Part shown: in pieces, positions 1 to 14,459 of the stretch
How positions within the stretch are numbered: position 1 is the stretch's first letter
How the letters are laid out: every line of letters begins with the position of its first letter
DNA from: Lama glama
Lineage: Eukaryota
Direction: 5' to 3'
Assembly: GCA_028534125.1 (NCBI GenBank)
Contig: CM052816.1
Coordinates: 59,398,001 to 59,462,000 of the forward strand
Length of the DNA stretch: 64,000 bases
The notes under the pieces: model-generated
Seen by the model: only the letters and a program-made list of their open reading frames with translations
What the model was told of the DNA's origin: nothing
Databases searched by the model: none
Made by a program: the position numbers and the translations under genes

Positions 1-418
1 AGGAAATGTTAGAAATGCTCACAAATAATAAAGCAGGGTCTTCCCATGTAACTTGAGAAGCCCCGATCTCACAAGAGTTGAAGGATCCTCTGATCAGGAG
101 AGGGCAGAAGTAAGAGAGAAACTGGACAGAAAGATACTACTGGTGGAACCAGAGACCAGAAAGAAGTGTTCTGATGTAGACTGGAACGTCACTAACTAAC
201 AGCGCAGAAACAGAACGCTGGCTGACCCAGGAGAGAGTGCGGAGCGGGGTGCCAAAGATGCAGATCTGTCCAGTGAGGTGGAACAGGCAGACTTAAGGAA
301 GCCTGGATGGAAATCAAAGAAAAGAACTATCAACCCTCAGAAGAGCTGAGAAACACTTTTTTGTTGTTTAAGCCACCCAGAATATGGTATTTTGTCATGA
401 CAGACTGAGCCACGTACA
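1..418 (+). mobile_element. MaLR (MLT1-type) LTR, 3' part
   Basis: Ends with a typical MaLR terminus: TTGTTGTTTAAGCCACCCAG...TGGTATTTTGTCATGACAG...TACA. The 5' boundary is uncertain. Confidence 0.55.
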
Positions 419-955
419 TCAACATGCTACACCCAAAGAAAGGAAAGAAAATGTAAGTCTAGGAAAAAATCAATGTCAATGTCAATTCTTTAGGTGTTTA
501 GTAAGCATCCTGTGTCAACATGTCCCCAAAGGCAGCAGTTTAGGGAGGTGCTTCCTCAACTTTGATGTGTATTAATAACCTTTGATGTGTAATAATAATC
601 CAATAGTAGATCGGGGTGAAGTTTGGGGTTTTGCATTTCCAGCAAGCTCCCGGGTGGTGCGCACGCTCCTGGTCCTCAGACCATACTTTGAGTAGCAAGG
701 CTTGACAGTGAGCCTGCCAGTCAGAAAAAGAATATCCAGATCGCTGTGGGAGACAGACTCCCAGTGCTTAACCTTCACACTGATAACTTGTTGCCTAAAT
801 GCCCTGGGCTTCACGGGCTGATCTACACCAGATCCCATGGCCCAGCATCTCAACTTATATAGGTAGATGATGCTGCCTGACTCAGAGGGTCTAGCTCTCA
901 AATAGAATTAGACCTGCTACTATACCCTATTAGATATCAAAAGAGAGTGCTGCTC

Positions 956-996
956 TGTGTGTGTGTGTGTGTGTGCGCGTGCGTGCGCGCGTGCAC
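956..996. repeat. (TG)n/(CG)n alternating purine-pyrimidine microsatellite
   Basis: tgtgtgtgtgtgtgtgtgtgcgcgtgcgtgcgcgcgtgcac. Confidence 0.9.
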
Positions 997-1240
997 CATT
1001 GTGTGGGGAGAGACCACGCGGGTCACAACCTGCCCAAGGTCCCACAGAAGTTCGGGCCAAGGGCTGGAACTCAGTTTTCCTGACGCCCATACCAGAGCTT
1101 TTCCCACCTTGCCACATTCGACTCAGCTCTTTAAATTGAGTGTTGGGGGTGGGGTGGGGGTGGGGATGTGGGGTTAGAAAATAATAGAAAGGCGGATCTG
1201 ACAAATTACTGCTAGTACTACTACTACCAATAGCTCCCAA

Positions 1241-1450
1241 GTATTGAACAATTCACATTGGAAAGTGCTTCACGCTGTGTGTGCTTTATCTCAGTCTGCG
1301 GAACCTCGCGTGGTACTGTAATTGTCCCCATTTTACAGACAAGGAAACTGAGGCTAAGCACAGTGAAGCAAGTTGGCTGAAGACATGCTAGCAGTCAGTG
1401 GTAAAGACAGGATTTTAAAGAACAGATGGACTTCAAAGCTGGCCATCCCC
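1241..1450 (+). mobile_element. MIR SINE
   Basis: MIR core ATTGTCCCCATTTTACAGACAAGGAAACTGAGGCT at ~1321-1355. Confidence 0.8.
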
Positions 1451-1905
1451 GCTCCAGGAATCTCACTGCCTCTCCAGGCAGACGTGCTGCCTGACGCCAT
1501 TCTGCAGGTTGCAGAGTATTGGGAAGCTGGTAGAAAATCCTTGCAGAATACTGCTGGTAAACCCTCAGCAAGGAGACACCCCGTTATAACCCTCAAGAAC
1601 ACGAGGTGCATCTGCTCCACCAGAGCCTGGACTGGCAGGCCAGCCTCTTACCATCACCTCTGCTTTATCAAGACTGAACCTCTGCCAGGCCACTCCGCCC
1701 GCCAGGCTAAATATTTTCAGGCCAGCATTTATTAAATATTTTCTCATAAGGCTAAATGAAGCACATTCTTCCCCAAGGATGTAATGGATTTTATTTAGCT
1801 AAATATAGTTGGCTAACATCACTTTCAGCAAGGTACAGATGGACTTATTTTGGTTAATAATCAGATGGGGAAAGGGCCCAGTAAGTAACTTACAAAAAAA
1901 TATAG

Positions 1906-1930
1906 ACACACACACACACACACATATATA
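1906..1930. repeat. (CA)n(TA)n microsatellite
   Basis: acacacacacacacacacatatata. Confidence 0.85.
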
Positions 1931-4900
1931 GTAATATATGTCAAAGGATTCTAAAATGAAATATTAACAAGATGCTTAGTAAGGATGTGAAGGGGCTTAA
2001 AGTGTTCATGATCAAAGAGCTAGAGAAAAGGAAAAAGATGACGTGTCTATAGGACTGGGAAGAAGAAAATAAAGGCGAGAAAGGCAAAGGGGCTGAAGAT
2101 AACTGAATAGAAAATTTCTTATCTAATGCAGAAGACAAAGAAAGGAAGACAGTATTTAATCATATTTTTGATTAAATGCTTTACAAAATCACCGATATAA
2201 AACTAAGCTATCCACATATACAATAAAGGGTAGCAATTATGAGACAAAAGTAAACACAACCATAACAACTTTGTGAGGAATCAAAGTTAAAAAAAAAAAT
2301 AGAGCAGTACTTTCACTACCTCAGACAAACATTATTCCAGTCAGCTAATAAATTCTCCCACGTCACAACATACGATAATCATACGATAAACAAGAGGCTA
2401 TTCACCTCTCAGCTAGAGAAATCCATGGACTTGTTCTGGACATGAATTTCTTTTTAAGGATAACAATTTTAGATGGGTCAAACTGGGCAGCAGTTGGATC
2501 GTATCATTAAATTCTCAAATAAAAGCAAAAGGTAAGAAATAGTATTACTTATACCATGTGTATGCTACAGAGACTTTTTTTTAAAAAAAACTGGGATACA
2601 CAGGAGGTCCTACAGATAGAACAGAAGTAAAATATAAAATACATATTGGTTATAGAAAGAAATCTATGTTCCCCAAAAGATTATCAGCAGCAAGCCAAAA
2701 AATAATAGATCGGTGATATCTGAGGAGTGGGTGTATTTTTATAGTTGCTTACAAGCCAGCAGGGGGAAGTGGCTAATGTCCAATAAGCAAGTGGTCAAAG
2801 CAGACAAGTCAAGTAAAAAGTTCAGCTTGGCCCAGATACGGAAGTATTCCATCAGTCACTTTAATCAATACTTTAGATGTTGATTTTTGATAGAAAATAC
2901 AAAGTAAAAAAAAAAACAATTTGTAGGTAGCACCCTGCTCAAACTTCCCAGTGAGAAGTGAGAATGGTCAGAAATATGGTTTTCTACAATGGAAATACTT
3001 GTGATGTTAATGAAAAAGGACCCAGGGGTGTGAGCAATCACTGGTCACGGCAGGCCTCACCCCAGCCCCCCTTTCTGTGTCCTCCGCTCCCAGCGGCCTT
3101 TTTCTTCCCAGCCAGAACAACCTCGGCTCCACTTTTCTGTTGCAGCTGAAACTTCAGTCTTCAGTTGAAAGGGAAGTGATAGGGCCGGCACCACGGGAGC
3201 TGGTTTTGTACATTTTGTTCTGTTAGATTAGGCCTTAGTAACTTTATGAATTACGAGCTGTCAACTACTTTTTCATCTGCTATAGAATATGATTCTTAGA
3301 AATTGTGGCTATAAATAAATCAACAGATGTTTTTTGCTGGCTTCAAAAGGAGCTTGGGTAGTAATTTTAAAAGGGGCTAGAAGTTAAATGAATTAATACA
3401 AAAGGCTGTATTAGGTTTCCCCCTGTTGGCCACTTTTTGAATTAGTCTTTTAAAGCCGGGTTCATTTTAGTCTGTAAAATACTTTCTGGGTATTACCTGA
3501 ATGTAATCTATTGGAGAAACTAAAACTTAGGGTCTCATAACATATTGCATCCTTTCTGTGACTTCTTGTTTAAAAAAAAAAACACTATTAAATGCCACGC
3601 CTACGCAGGACTGTTACTGTATCATACAAAAGACAACTGAAAAGCCACTGTGTCACAGTAGGGAAAAAAAAAAACCAGACAATAGGTAAGGACATGAATT
3701 CTAGATCTGTCAGAAATAGACTGGGGAAAATTTATCTCTGGGTCTTCACTTCTGTATCAGTCAAGTGGTAAGGTTTACCTAAGTTCTAAAATAGTTTCTA
3801 GCTCTTAAAATTCCATGATGTGACGAGAAAAGTCAAGGAGATCACATGGCCAATGTAAAATCACTCAATTACATTTCATCATGAATTTCTCTTAAGCCAC
3901 CATGCTGATGCAGATCTGGCAAAAATCATAGGCACCTGGGGGATGGCTGGTGTTGGCATCAAGCAAAAACCTACTTCAGATACGGGGTGGCAGAAGTAAG
4001 TAAGTAAATGTATTTCAGTATATGGAAAATGGCAAAATCTAGTTATATTTCCTTAGGATATTTAAACCTGTAATTTCTAACAGGGGAGGGGCAACTTTTT
4101 TGAAAGTGTTTTTGGGTGAAATACAAACTTTCACTTTGCCAGAATGAGCGGTCAGTTTAAGAGAACTAAAACACTACGTGGATCTAACAGAAGAAAAATA
4201 ACTACGTGTTCTTAAACGTTCTCCGAAATCATGGCTGCTACGAATCGGAGAATCTAACTCTAACCAGTTTCTGTGTATCATGATTTAGGGGGTGGGGACT
4301 GCAGGTCATGAAATCCAGAGCAAGGAAAGTCAGGCCAAGTGAGGATGGGGGGAGGGGAGAAACCACTGGCTTAGATACTGCTCTAGTCACTTACGTGATT
4401 TTCTTGAGTCACGGTAAAATCCTTGCCAAGCCCATCGGTCTTATTCCGAACGTGGGAAAGGCTCGGAGAGGTCAGATGGCTGCAGCAAGGTCACGCGACT
4501 CGTGTCTGCCAGAGCAGGTACCACAACCCATGTCTGTTTGAACCCGAGGGCCCTGCTCTTCCTACTTCCCCTGCGACTTCTCCTGTGGGGAGTTTCCCTT
4601 TGAGCTTCTGAATTACGCTGCTTGTAAATGCAGTTCCTTTTAACATTTGAGACTTCTGACCAATGCACGTTGTGATCTACACAATCAGTGGGTACAAGCG
4701 TCAGTGATAAAACAGGTGGAGGGGTTAATCAGAAGTCGTGATACTCGGAGGAAACCGCTGTATTCCCGAAACCCTAGATCTTTGTTAAGTTTATCCATTC
4801 CCCTCTGGGGGGACCTGGCATTCAGTCATTTGAAAAATAACACATTCTCAAAAATGTGGTAGCAGGAAATAACCCCCAGTCACACAAGATCAGGAATAAA

Positions 4901-4949
4901 ATACTGAAGAGTGTCCTCAGTAGCTGAGGCTCTCATTACCAAGACACCA

Positions 4950-5135
4950 ACAATAATAATGGGTAACATTCAGGATACGCCAGGTACTGTGCTAAGTTAT
5001 TTTACTGAAGTGATCTCACTATGAGGAAGGCTCTATCATCATGCCCATTTTACACAGAGGAAAACTTGAGGCTCAGAGAGGTGAGGTGCTTTGTCCAGGC
5101 TCATAGAGCTGTACTCTTCAGAGAACGGATTAAAC
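4950..5135 (+). mobile_element. MIR SINE
   Basis: GCCAGGTACTGTGCTAAG...CCCATTTTACACAGAGGAAAACTTGAGGCTCAGAGAGGTGAG. Confidence 0.8.
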
Positions 5136-5714
5136 TGAAAGGAGTTATCTGGCTTAGAGAACGTAACGGCAGCTCCCTCATAAGGGATCCTTGTGTACTA
5201 ATTAAATGTCACCCTACTGAGTGGCTCAGGGAACACATTTTCTTCCAAGACTGCACCCTTTCTTGGTGTGGTCCAGCGCACTGCTCTAGACACTGGGGCT
5301 GCTGACAGCCAGACAACAGAGTTAGGTGAAAACACAGTCAAGCTGCCTCGAGTTCCCCAGTCAAAGAACAGACCTGGGAGCAGAAAGCCCGAGAACCACG
5401 GCTCCCTGACTCGCCCACATCCCTACAGACTGCATTTTTCAAATTCTACAGGATTCTACAGGATGTTGAGAATATCCGCTCTGTGCCCACAAGTGAGAGA
5501 GCTTCCAGGCATGGCGACCACCACTCCTCTCCATCCTTGAAAATCACAGCGTGAGATGGACTGTTTCCAAGGTCCTGGCTTCTCCCAGTTGATCGCTCAT
5601 TTTGGAAGAAAAGACATGGACATGAAAAGAAATTCAACAGGATATGCAAAGCAGTCATTGAGTAGACTTCATACAAGAAATTCAGGGCTTTTAAGGGGTG
5701 GGTCCAAATATAAG

Positions 5715-5985
5715 CCATCTATGTAATTTAAGAGAGTTCTCTAGTAGCCCTAGGACCAGCAAAAAGAAACAGGTGAAAATTTAATCTTTTATTGATTATA
5801 GACCCCCAAATTATCATTTCAACATATAATCAATATAGAAGTTATTAATGAGCTATCTGACCGTTTTCATTTGTTTTTCTTTTTTTTCATTCATAGCACA
5901 TCTCAGTTCAGACCAGCCACATTCCCAAGGCTCAATGTCACTGCGACATGTGGCTGGTGGGCCCTGTACTGGATGGCACAGCCCT
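5715..5985 (+). mobile_element. hAT-Charlie DNA transposon relic (MER33/MER3-like)
   Basis: TCTAGTAGCC...AAAAAGAAACAGGTGAAA...TATCATTTCAACAT...GCACATCTCAGTTCAGACCAGCCACATT...ACATGTGGCTGGTGG resembles my recollection of the MER33 consensus. Confidence 0.7.
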
Positions 5986-8900
5986 AGAAGGGCAGCCTTT
6001 GGTTTGCCTCAATGTAAATTTAGTTCTCTGGAGACTATGTTAGCTTTGAAATCAAAACTAAAAAGATATGCAAAAAAGAATCATATTCCTTATGTCCCAA
6101 AAGGTCAAATAAGAGTTCTGTGTTCTTTACTCTTAGTGTGTAATGAGTAAAACCAGCTTTAACCCTCCTGTGGAGGCACTGAGTCCAGATTGACTGGGAG
6201 CTAGGGCGCCTGCAGGGTTCATTGTACACTAAGAACCTGATAGAACACTAGCCAGCAGATCCTAATGTCCGTCACAGTGCCTGGCACGGGGTCGGGACGG
6301 TAGGCGGGCCTGTAAGTCGGTTCTTCAGAAATGCCGTGATTAGTGCAATTGTTTCATCTGATGGCTTGCCATCTGCTACTAGTTATCCTTAAAATATGTA
6401 TTTAATGTGTCTGTGGACCTCCAGCTAGAGATAGGCTGCTGACGCAGCTGACTTAAGCTTCCATGATTAGGGAAAGGCTGCTACAGTCCGGCTATTAAGA
6501 CAGAAAAGCTAAGGTCTTAGGTTCACATCTCAACAGTGTGAGCTGCAATAATTTCATTTATAAAATTAGTGATCATTGACATGTCTGATATTTGCTGCAA
6601 GATAAATGAACAGAAGTCAAAATAAAAGGGTGGTGGTAGAAATGCTGACCTGCTGTTACAGGCAGCGGCAGGCACCTTAGAGAGCATCCTTTCTGATGAG
6701 ATGGTCCAACGTTTATATTTTTACAGCCCAGCAGCTTTACACTCAACGTGTCAAATACCTCCCTCTTTCCAGAACATATAATTTCGTGTATCCATTCTTA
6801 CACTTCTGCTGAAACACACGGCCGTGGACGAGGGTGCAGAAACGTGACACCCTGTGCTGTCAAATGCTGTCTTTCCTGCAGCAGGTGCCCATGCTGCTTG
6901 CTTCTAGTCCTAAAAATGTGACTTTTTCCAAATACATGAAATGTGAAATTTAAATTCAGCTCCTGACACTTCTTAAAGTTCCACAGCTCAAAGATCTGCT
7001 TCCAGTTTGGTCCCAGAAGAGAAACTGTTTCTTTTAGAAAAGTCAAGCTGCTACTGGTTTCTCCAAACGTGAAATGTTTCCTGGTGGCAGGGCCTGGAGG
7101 TGGCCAGAGGTTCCTAATTCAGATGAAATGTAACAGCAGAAAGAGCTAAAAGGCACTGAATCAAAACTTATTCAGGAAAGGCTACAAGAAAGGCACAGAA
7201 ATGTGCAGTGAGTGCTCCCTAGAGCTTGGGGCTCTTTGTGGGGTGAAGCCTCCAAGTCTGGAGGCAGTAGGGGTACCACACCTGAACTTCGGAGGAGAGG
7301 TGTGAAAGGGCCTGCCCCTTGTAAGACCACTGACGTGGAGAGTTTATCGAGCTAGCATGGCTTTCAAGGTATCAATCTGGATGGTTTTAGGCCTTGACTC
7401 TGCGGGTCAAGGCTTGACATAATATGCTACTTTATGATGATCCCAGGAAACTGGTTCTCATGAGGAAGTGTGCGGTCTGTAAAACTGAGTACACACTGCT
7501 GCAATGAACAGCGAGAAGAGAGATTTCAGATGTGAACTCGTAGTTCAAGAAAAGGGCTCAAGATCACCAGGAGAATATAGGTTTGGGGAGGTTACTCCTG
7601 GAATGTGCCCCAAACTCACTGTACCTGGACCCAGAGGATGTGATCGACTGACTGAATGTATTTATCAAGGGGTCCATTTCTCCCCAGATGTTCAAGAACT
7701 CTTGTTCTAAGAGGACAAGTGGAAGACGAAACTTAGAACCGACTACAACCCATTTGAGATTCCTCATTAAGAGACCTTAGGTAGTTTACTTAACGTACAT
7801 GGAAGAGCAGTCACTTTAGAATTAGTTGGACCCAGGTTCAAATGACACGTCTGCCTCCCCTCCACTGGGTGGTAAGCACTGAGCAGGGATCCAGAGCAAG
7901 GATGTCAATCACTGGGCCCAGCACTCTGTGGAGTGCCTGACATGGAAAAGCCTCTAATGAATGAATGCTGGACTCCTCAAAGTTGACGATTTCTGGACCT
8001 CACTTTCCTTAGACATAAACTATATGGAGAGTGGTTTATCATTTCCAAGATCTTTCCAAATACTCCCTGGATATGTTATGAATTGAACTTGCTGTCTGAA
8101 AATAATACAGCAATTGTGTTACGTAGTTCTGCTAACAATGCTGAACATAAACCCTAAAGTAATGTACTACCAAGATTTTAACACCCAGAAGTAACAGGCC
8201 TTTCCTTACCCAGCACTTATGGCATATGAATAACTCAGAGATTACTGATGAACAATAAAAAGGCGGTATGGTGTTAGAAAAACAAAACCGAAACAAACAA
8301 AAAACCCCTAAGTAACCCCACATACAGTGAACGTTTGAACATGACATCTCTGGTAGATGAGAGGGGCTGGAATTTGTGGGCAGAGGGCACTTTGGGGCTT
8401 CTCCCAATGAAGAGGCGGCTTCTGCTGTCCATCTACAACATTTCCTTGAGTTATGAACTTCTTTCCTTGCTCTTATTGTTCAAACTACTGAGGAAGAGAA
8501 AGATGGCAGGAGGTGGAGGTAAGCTGGGCCTGGCTGGGCGGTGCAGCCCTCCGCTCTTCTGGGGCTCCCACCTCGGCTGTGGACCATGCAGAGTCCTAGA
8601 CCCTGGGGGGACATATCTATCACAGTAGTGGCCACCTTTGACAGGGCAACACCTGGACGCAACTCAAAGGCAGGAGGCTTGTCTTAAGCGTCTTCGTCCT
8701 CCCTTCCCAAATCTTTCTCCCAATTTGGCAATATTTTTCTTCCTCCATTATCCCACTCTCTTGCTAACCCACCACCCTAGCCATGAGACTGCTCAGTGGC
8801 TGGTGGTCACTCTTAGTGCCCCCACCACCCCACTCAAAAACCAGTCCCTTAGGGAGGGTCTGATAAACAATCACACTGAAATGGAAATGACCAGCAAAGC

Positions 8901-9048
8901 TTCGTGTGGTCCTATCAGAGGGATGGGGCTGATTTTAAGAGGGTCTACAGCAAAATTCTTCTAATGGTAGAATTCCAGGCATAATCTCTTCTCGTATGAA
9001 TCACATATGTGATTCTCTGATACTCGAATGAATGATAAGATTGGGTCT

Positions 9049-9548
9049 NNNNNNNNNNNNNNNNNNNNNNNNNNNNNNNNNNNNNNNNNNNNNNNNNNNN
9101 NNNNNNNNNNNNNNNNNNNNNNNNNNNNNNNNNNNNNNNNNNNNNNNNNNNNNNNNNNNNNNNNNNNNNNNNNNNNNNNNNNNNNNNNNNNNNNNNNNNN
9201 NNNNNNNNNNNNNNNNNNNNNNNNNNNNNNNNNNNNNNNNNNNNNNNNNNNNNNNNNNNNNNNNNNNNNNNNNNNNNNNNNNNNNNNNNNNNNNNNNNNN
9301 NNNNNNNNNNNNNNNNNNNNNNNNNNNNNNNNNNNNNNNNNNNNNNNNNNNNNNNNNNNNNNNNNNNNNNNNNNNNNNNNNNNNNNNNNNNNNNNNNNNN
9401 NNNNNNNNNNNNNNNNNNNNNNNNNNNNNNNNNNNNNNNNNNNNNNNNNNNNNNNNNNNNNNNNNNNNNNNNNNNNNNNNNNNNNNNNNNNNNNNNNNNN
9501 NNNNNNNNNNNNNNNNNNNNNNNNNNNNNNNNNNNNNNNNNNNNNNNN
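9049..9548. other. Assembly gap (500 N)
   Basis: Run of exactly 500 N, probably a fixed-size scaffold gap. Confidence 0.99.
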
Positions 9549-12500
9549 CAGTACAAATCGTGGCCTGACTCATGTCAACTAGGGACAAAGGCAAGAGAAG
9601 GATTTGGAGGTTACCCAGTGGAAAATTTAGGAATAAGATTCTGGAACCTCAGGAAACCCTGATTTAATTTAAGATACTGCTTCACTTGCCTCTTTGGCAG
9701 GGCGGGTGGGGTGGGGGCCGGTGGTGGCAGGAGACTATACTTATGCAATGTACTTCCCTGTATTATACAAAGTTTTAAGACAAAAAAGAAACATGACTGA
9801 TTATGGGTAGGAACCACAGCTAGCACTTCCAAGAGTATTGTCCCTTAAATCATATTAAAATTATACAAAGTTGGCAGATGGTGACTAACTCAAATAATTA
9901 TCAGTCTGTTCAGACTAACACCAAGGTAAGAATGACTTCAATATTAAACCAATGTTCAGGAAACATACTGTAACCTTATGCTTAGAATTCCTGACACAGG
10001 GTGTTTTTTGTTTGTTTGTTTTGTTTTTCTTTTTTTTAAATTGAAGACATCACTAAAACAAAGTCTTTGTAAAGATACCCTTTTGGATAGAGGTCTAAGA
10101 TGGAAACACCTTAAGATGATTCCTGCTTTACGAAGAGAGTCCAGTGTCCCAACTCGACATCATTTATCCCCTTTGGATTTTTTCCCCCCAGTTTGGACTA
10201 GATGATCTCCATGGTCCTTTTCAAATCTAAAATTCCATTCAAAATTCTGTTCAGTAAACTTTCCATTTTCCATCCTAATTAAAAAGGGGAGAGGGCAAGG
10301 GAAAAGACCAAACCATACCAAATGCTGAAAGTTCTAAACAGTTTATGCTTAAATTCAGGATGCAGATCATCCTTCTGTCAGGGACAAGTCCCTCCTGGTC
10401 TGCTTCCTGTCTGCTGACTGGGCCAGAACACAAGGGAGTTCACAGAGCCGCCCTCGGAAGTTTGCTCCAACACCAGTGGGTCAACAACTGCTTCACAGGA
10501 CGTTCAAGGATGCAGGCTCCCGTTTACTTGCCACATTTAGGACCAAGTAGCAGACATTTCAAAATTACTCAGGATTCTGGTAAGTTTATAAAAATACAAA
10601 ATTCCAAAAATGGGATTCATGGGAAAAGAAAGACACTGAATAGCTCTTTTGGCTGATAGTTCATTGTCTTCAGTCATTCCTCTGACTATAAACGTCCCAC
10701 CTGCTTAGTCCAGTGCTGAGAGAAGATGACGACACACAGTATGGATGAAGCATGTGTCTCATTTACCATAAAGGACTCGAGCAAGGCAAGTGTGTGCTGC
10801 TGGAACTAACTGGTACCACATTTCACCAATCCCCCCAGCTCATGTAAATATTTGCAAGCATTCTCTGTAAGTCCCAGGTGTTTTTAGTTAATAGCTGATG
10901 TCAGGAGCATCTCGCCTAAATTCTGAACTATCATTTTATTTAAAATAGGATTCTGAGCCTTTTTAAAAAAATAAGGACGAGATCCAGTTATTTTTAAGTC
11001 AAATAAATGAGCCAGAGATAAATTTAAGTTTAACTCTTCTAAAAACAGTAATATTTCACATCGAATGTGCTCCTGAGGCCAGAGGAAATGTTCCTTCCTT
11101 TCCGACAATTTCTCGCCAAGTACTAACAAACCCAGTTTCTTCCCAAGAATATTTGTTTTCTGTTTCTGAGTTGAGTTTTAAAGGGCTGGAACCTTTCACA
11201 AGACAGAATAATTCCATTTGCTAGCTGGCTCTTAATCTAAGTCCGGCTCAAATCCTACGGGACACATAAATTCTTGTCTGAAATATAGGATAAGTGTCAT
11301 GAAACAATCTTGGGAACTGGGAAACCACATTTAAAAGCATAAACACAAAGATACAAACGAAGACCCACTTTGACTTAAAACGATAACAAGCAGAAATACC
11401 ACCAACCATTAATTCTTTAGCCGAGGAAACACAAACATTCAAGGAAAAAGTACGCGTATTATCACTAATTGGGGGAGGAAAACCCGCAATGCAGATAATA
11501 ATGAGTACTGCTGGGAAGAGGGGACAAGGGACATAAAGTCATGTTGACCCTGAATTACTGAAGCCAAACATAGAATCAATGTTTTCCAACAAGTACTGTG
11601 TCAGGTATTATCTGGTGGGGGGGGGGGTGCTAAACTAGAAGGAGGGAGAGAGGGCAAAATGAGGTGGATTTTATAGCTACTGAGCTGTCCAGGCAGCTGC
11701 CACTGGATGGCAGCGGGATGCCACATAGGTAAGAATTGTTAAGAGTCAGGATGGGTCATTCAATACTGCCCGTAGGCTCTGCCCCAAGGACTCAAGGCTT
11801 CAGGAGATAAAAAGTGGCTCCTCCCTACTGAAAGGCTGGGTACCCCTGACCTAGGAACTAGCTACCCTTGTTCTCACCAACAGCAAGTCCTGTGAAAAAT
11901 TTACTACGGTACAGACCTGGGGATGGAAACAAATTATGACTTCTAAATAACTTCTAGGATTTTGAAATTCAGAAATCAGTCTCCCCCTCTCTCTCCCTCT
12001 ACAGTTTACTATTGAAACATTATCATCCCAAGCCCAGCACAACAAATTGAAACCACATTTTATTTTACTTTTTCTTGTTAACTTGATGGCTTCACCACAC
12101 TTTTAAATGCTACACACTCGCCTCCCTCTCCCTTGGCATTCGAGCCTTTTTTTTTTTTTTTTTTTTTTTTGGTGAAATCAGTAATCTTACCAGCGACAAG
12201 CTTTGCTTTCAGTAAGTGTATCTGCCAACTTAAACAGCATCTCCTAAGGCAACGGAATAATGAAAGACACATGTAGGTACTTGCCCGTCATCAGACACAG
12301 ACTGCTCAAGCCGGCCTGAAATTGGGCCTGTAATTCTGCTGAGCCTCAGGGTGGGGACAGGGAGCCCAGAGTGGTCTAGGATGGTCCAGGTCTTAATCTA
12401 AACAGCAGACGAGAGATGCAAGGGACAGACCTTTTGCATCTCTGCTGGACTTACTGTGGGACAAGGCACAGCTCTTCCCTTCCACAGGGAGATGTGAGGG

Positions 12501-14459
12501 ATTGCTCAAACACTTGGCAAACGTAAAGGTCTTAAGACACCACATCGTGAATTCTGCCTCATTCCTGCTGAAGAACTTGAGGCCGTGCTTTCCAAGCCCA
12601 GACTCATGATCCAACCAGAACATCTCCAAGGTCAGCCATTCCTTGCACACACAGCCAAGGCCCCACCAACCCCCGAGCAGGGCGGGGGCCCAGCAGAACT
12701 CTGATCTGAGGCCCTCCTTGGATAACACTGAGTTTGCTCCTTTCTCTAGCTCTCTCAGGATGCTATCAACACCCTGCCTTCCTCTGTGGACAGAGACAGA
12801 CTCGATTTTCAAACTTGCAAAGTCTGAAGGATGGACTAATGAAGAGGCTGGAACATTTGCAAGAAAGGAGTCATCATTCTGGCCCACAAGAAAGGCCCCT
12901 ACTTTATGCATCTGGGTCTACCATCCAAAATCAGTAGCTGATGAATCCACGTCTGCAGGAACCCACCTTTCCACATACCCCAACTGCAACCCACAGACTG
13001 ACTTCAGCATCCTTTGGTGCACTTCCTGTGAGTGTTAGTCAACGGCTCATGAACATTCAACCCCCTTAGTTCAACCAAATAAGTAAAAACCTCAAGGACT
13101 AGTAGGGCTCATCAAGATATTCAGTATAAAATTTTTTAAACATTGCAGGGTCCCTTGAGAAAACAACTCAGAAACACTGTTTACACCTTCCCTCTGCTGA
13201 ACCAAGAACCCCTGAGCCATCTCAGGTACAGCAAGGTTAACAGATATGTGTTGGAAAGGCTTTCTCAAGAATCCACTTAATAAATTGCTATTTTAAAATC
13301 AAACCTAGAACCCAGGAATTTTAACTTCTAGTACAACAAAGGCACTGTTAGCCAAAAGAACCACTGTATCACCCATGTTCAAGAATCTCCTGGCCAAACA
13401 ACAAAAGCCCCAGGATAATTTAAATGGGAGCTTTATTTGAAAGTAATAGCAATAAGCCATTGCAGACTGAGAGGCTTTACAGATAAATCTTTAAGTCTAA
13501 GGGTTGATTACTGTGCCAGGAAATTCATCATTTCCCTCACTTCCTTAATCCCATGGGGAGTCACAGGCAATAAGCTGTTGGAGCACCAGGTTAATTTTAC
13601 TATGTACATAGAAGGTAAACACACACACTTTTGATGTCAAAGGACCTTTCAGAATATGAATTAGGTTTCCTTCAGCTCCGGGGTGCTAGTAAGCAGGTTT
13701 TGAAATTGCGAAACTAACCTCAAAGCTCCCAGAGTCAATTCAAATTCCCCAGCAGCACTGCTTTTAGGAGCAGAAGGCTGAGACGTACAAGTGCCTGCAA
13801 AGCCGGGCTCTCCCAGGGCAGCTGGACGTCAATACAGGAAATCTCCAACTGACATATGGATTGTGTTTCTCAGGCTCATTTGTCATCTGGTTGTGCAAAA
13901 CTGGGAACACATTTTCCCCCAGAAATGTTATAAAAGGGGGGTAGGGTCCCCAGATTGGACCACCAAAGTCTATTCCACTCGAGTGATTCTTAACAGCCAC
14001 GGGGTGATGACTGTGAATGAGATTCCACTGGTATTATGGGTAGAAGTAGTTTTGGTAAATATGTATGGAAACCTAACTCACTTATAATTTCTAAGTATGT
14101 CAAGTTCAATGGGAATAATCCAGTCCTCTCTCCTTTGCCAATGATGTCGGGGCGTGGGTGGTGACAGCAGGAGGAATTACAAGGGGTGGGAGGCAGGGGT
14201 CAGGGGGCCTGGCAATGCCAGGGAACCACATATGGGTTCCCCCTGTTGCTGAGATCCCAGACTCTGTGGGAGGTTACCCACTCCCTCCTCCTGCTCTGAC
14301 AACCTGAGGAGGGGCACTGTAGCCCCAGCAACTGAGACCCCAGAGAGAGGAAAGGGCAGTGATGCCCGGGAGGAGCTCATGGCAGGGGTGAAGGACGGGA
14401 CCTCCTCCCATTCCCAAGGTTCGCTGTTCACATTGCAGGGATGGCACCCGGCCCACGCT

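Noticed and set aside
8945..9594. ORFs of 178-203 aa
   Set aside because: They are artefacts of translating the 500-N assembly gap.
12393..13038. 172-aa and 131-aa intronic ORFs
   Set aside because: No recognisable homology or exon structure, and no resemblance to downstream p85-alpha exons. The lengths are compatible with chance.
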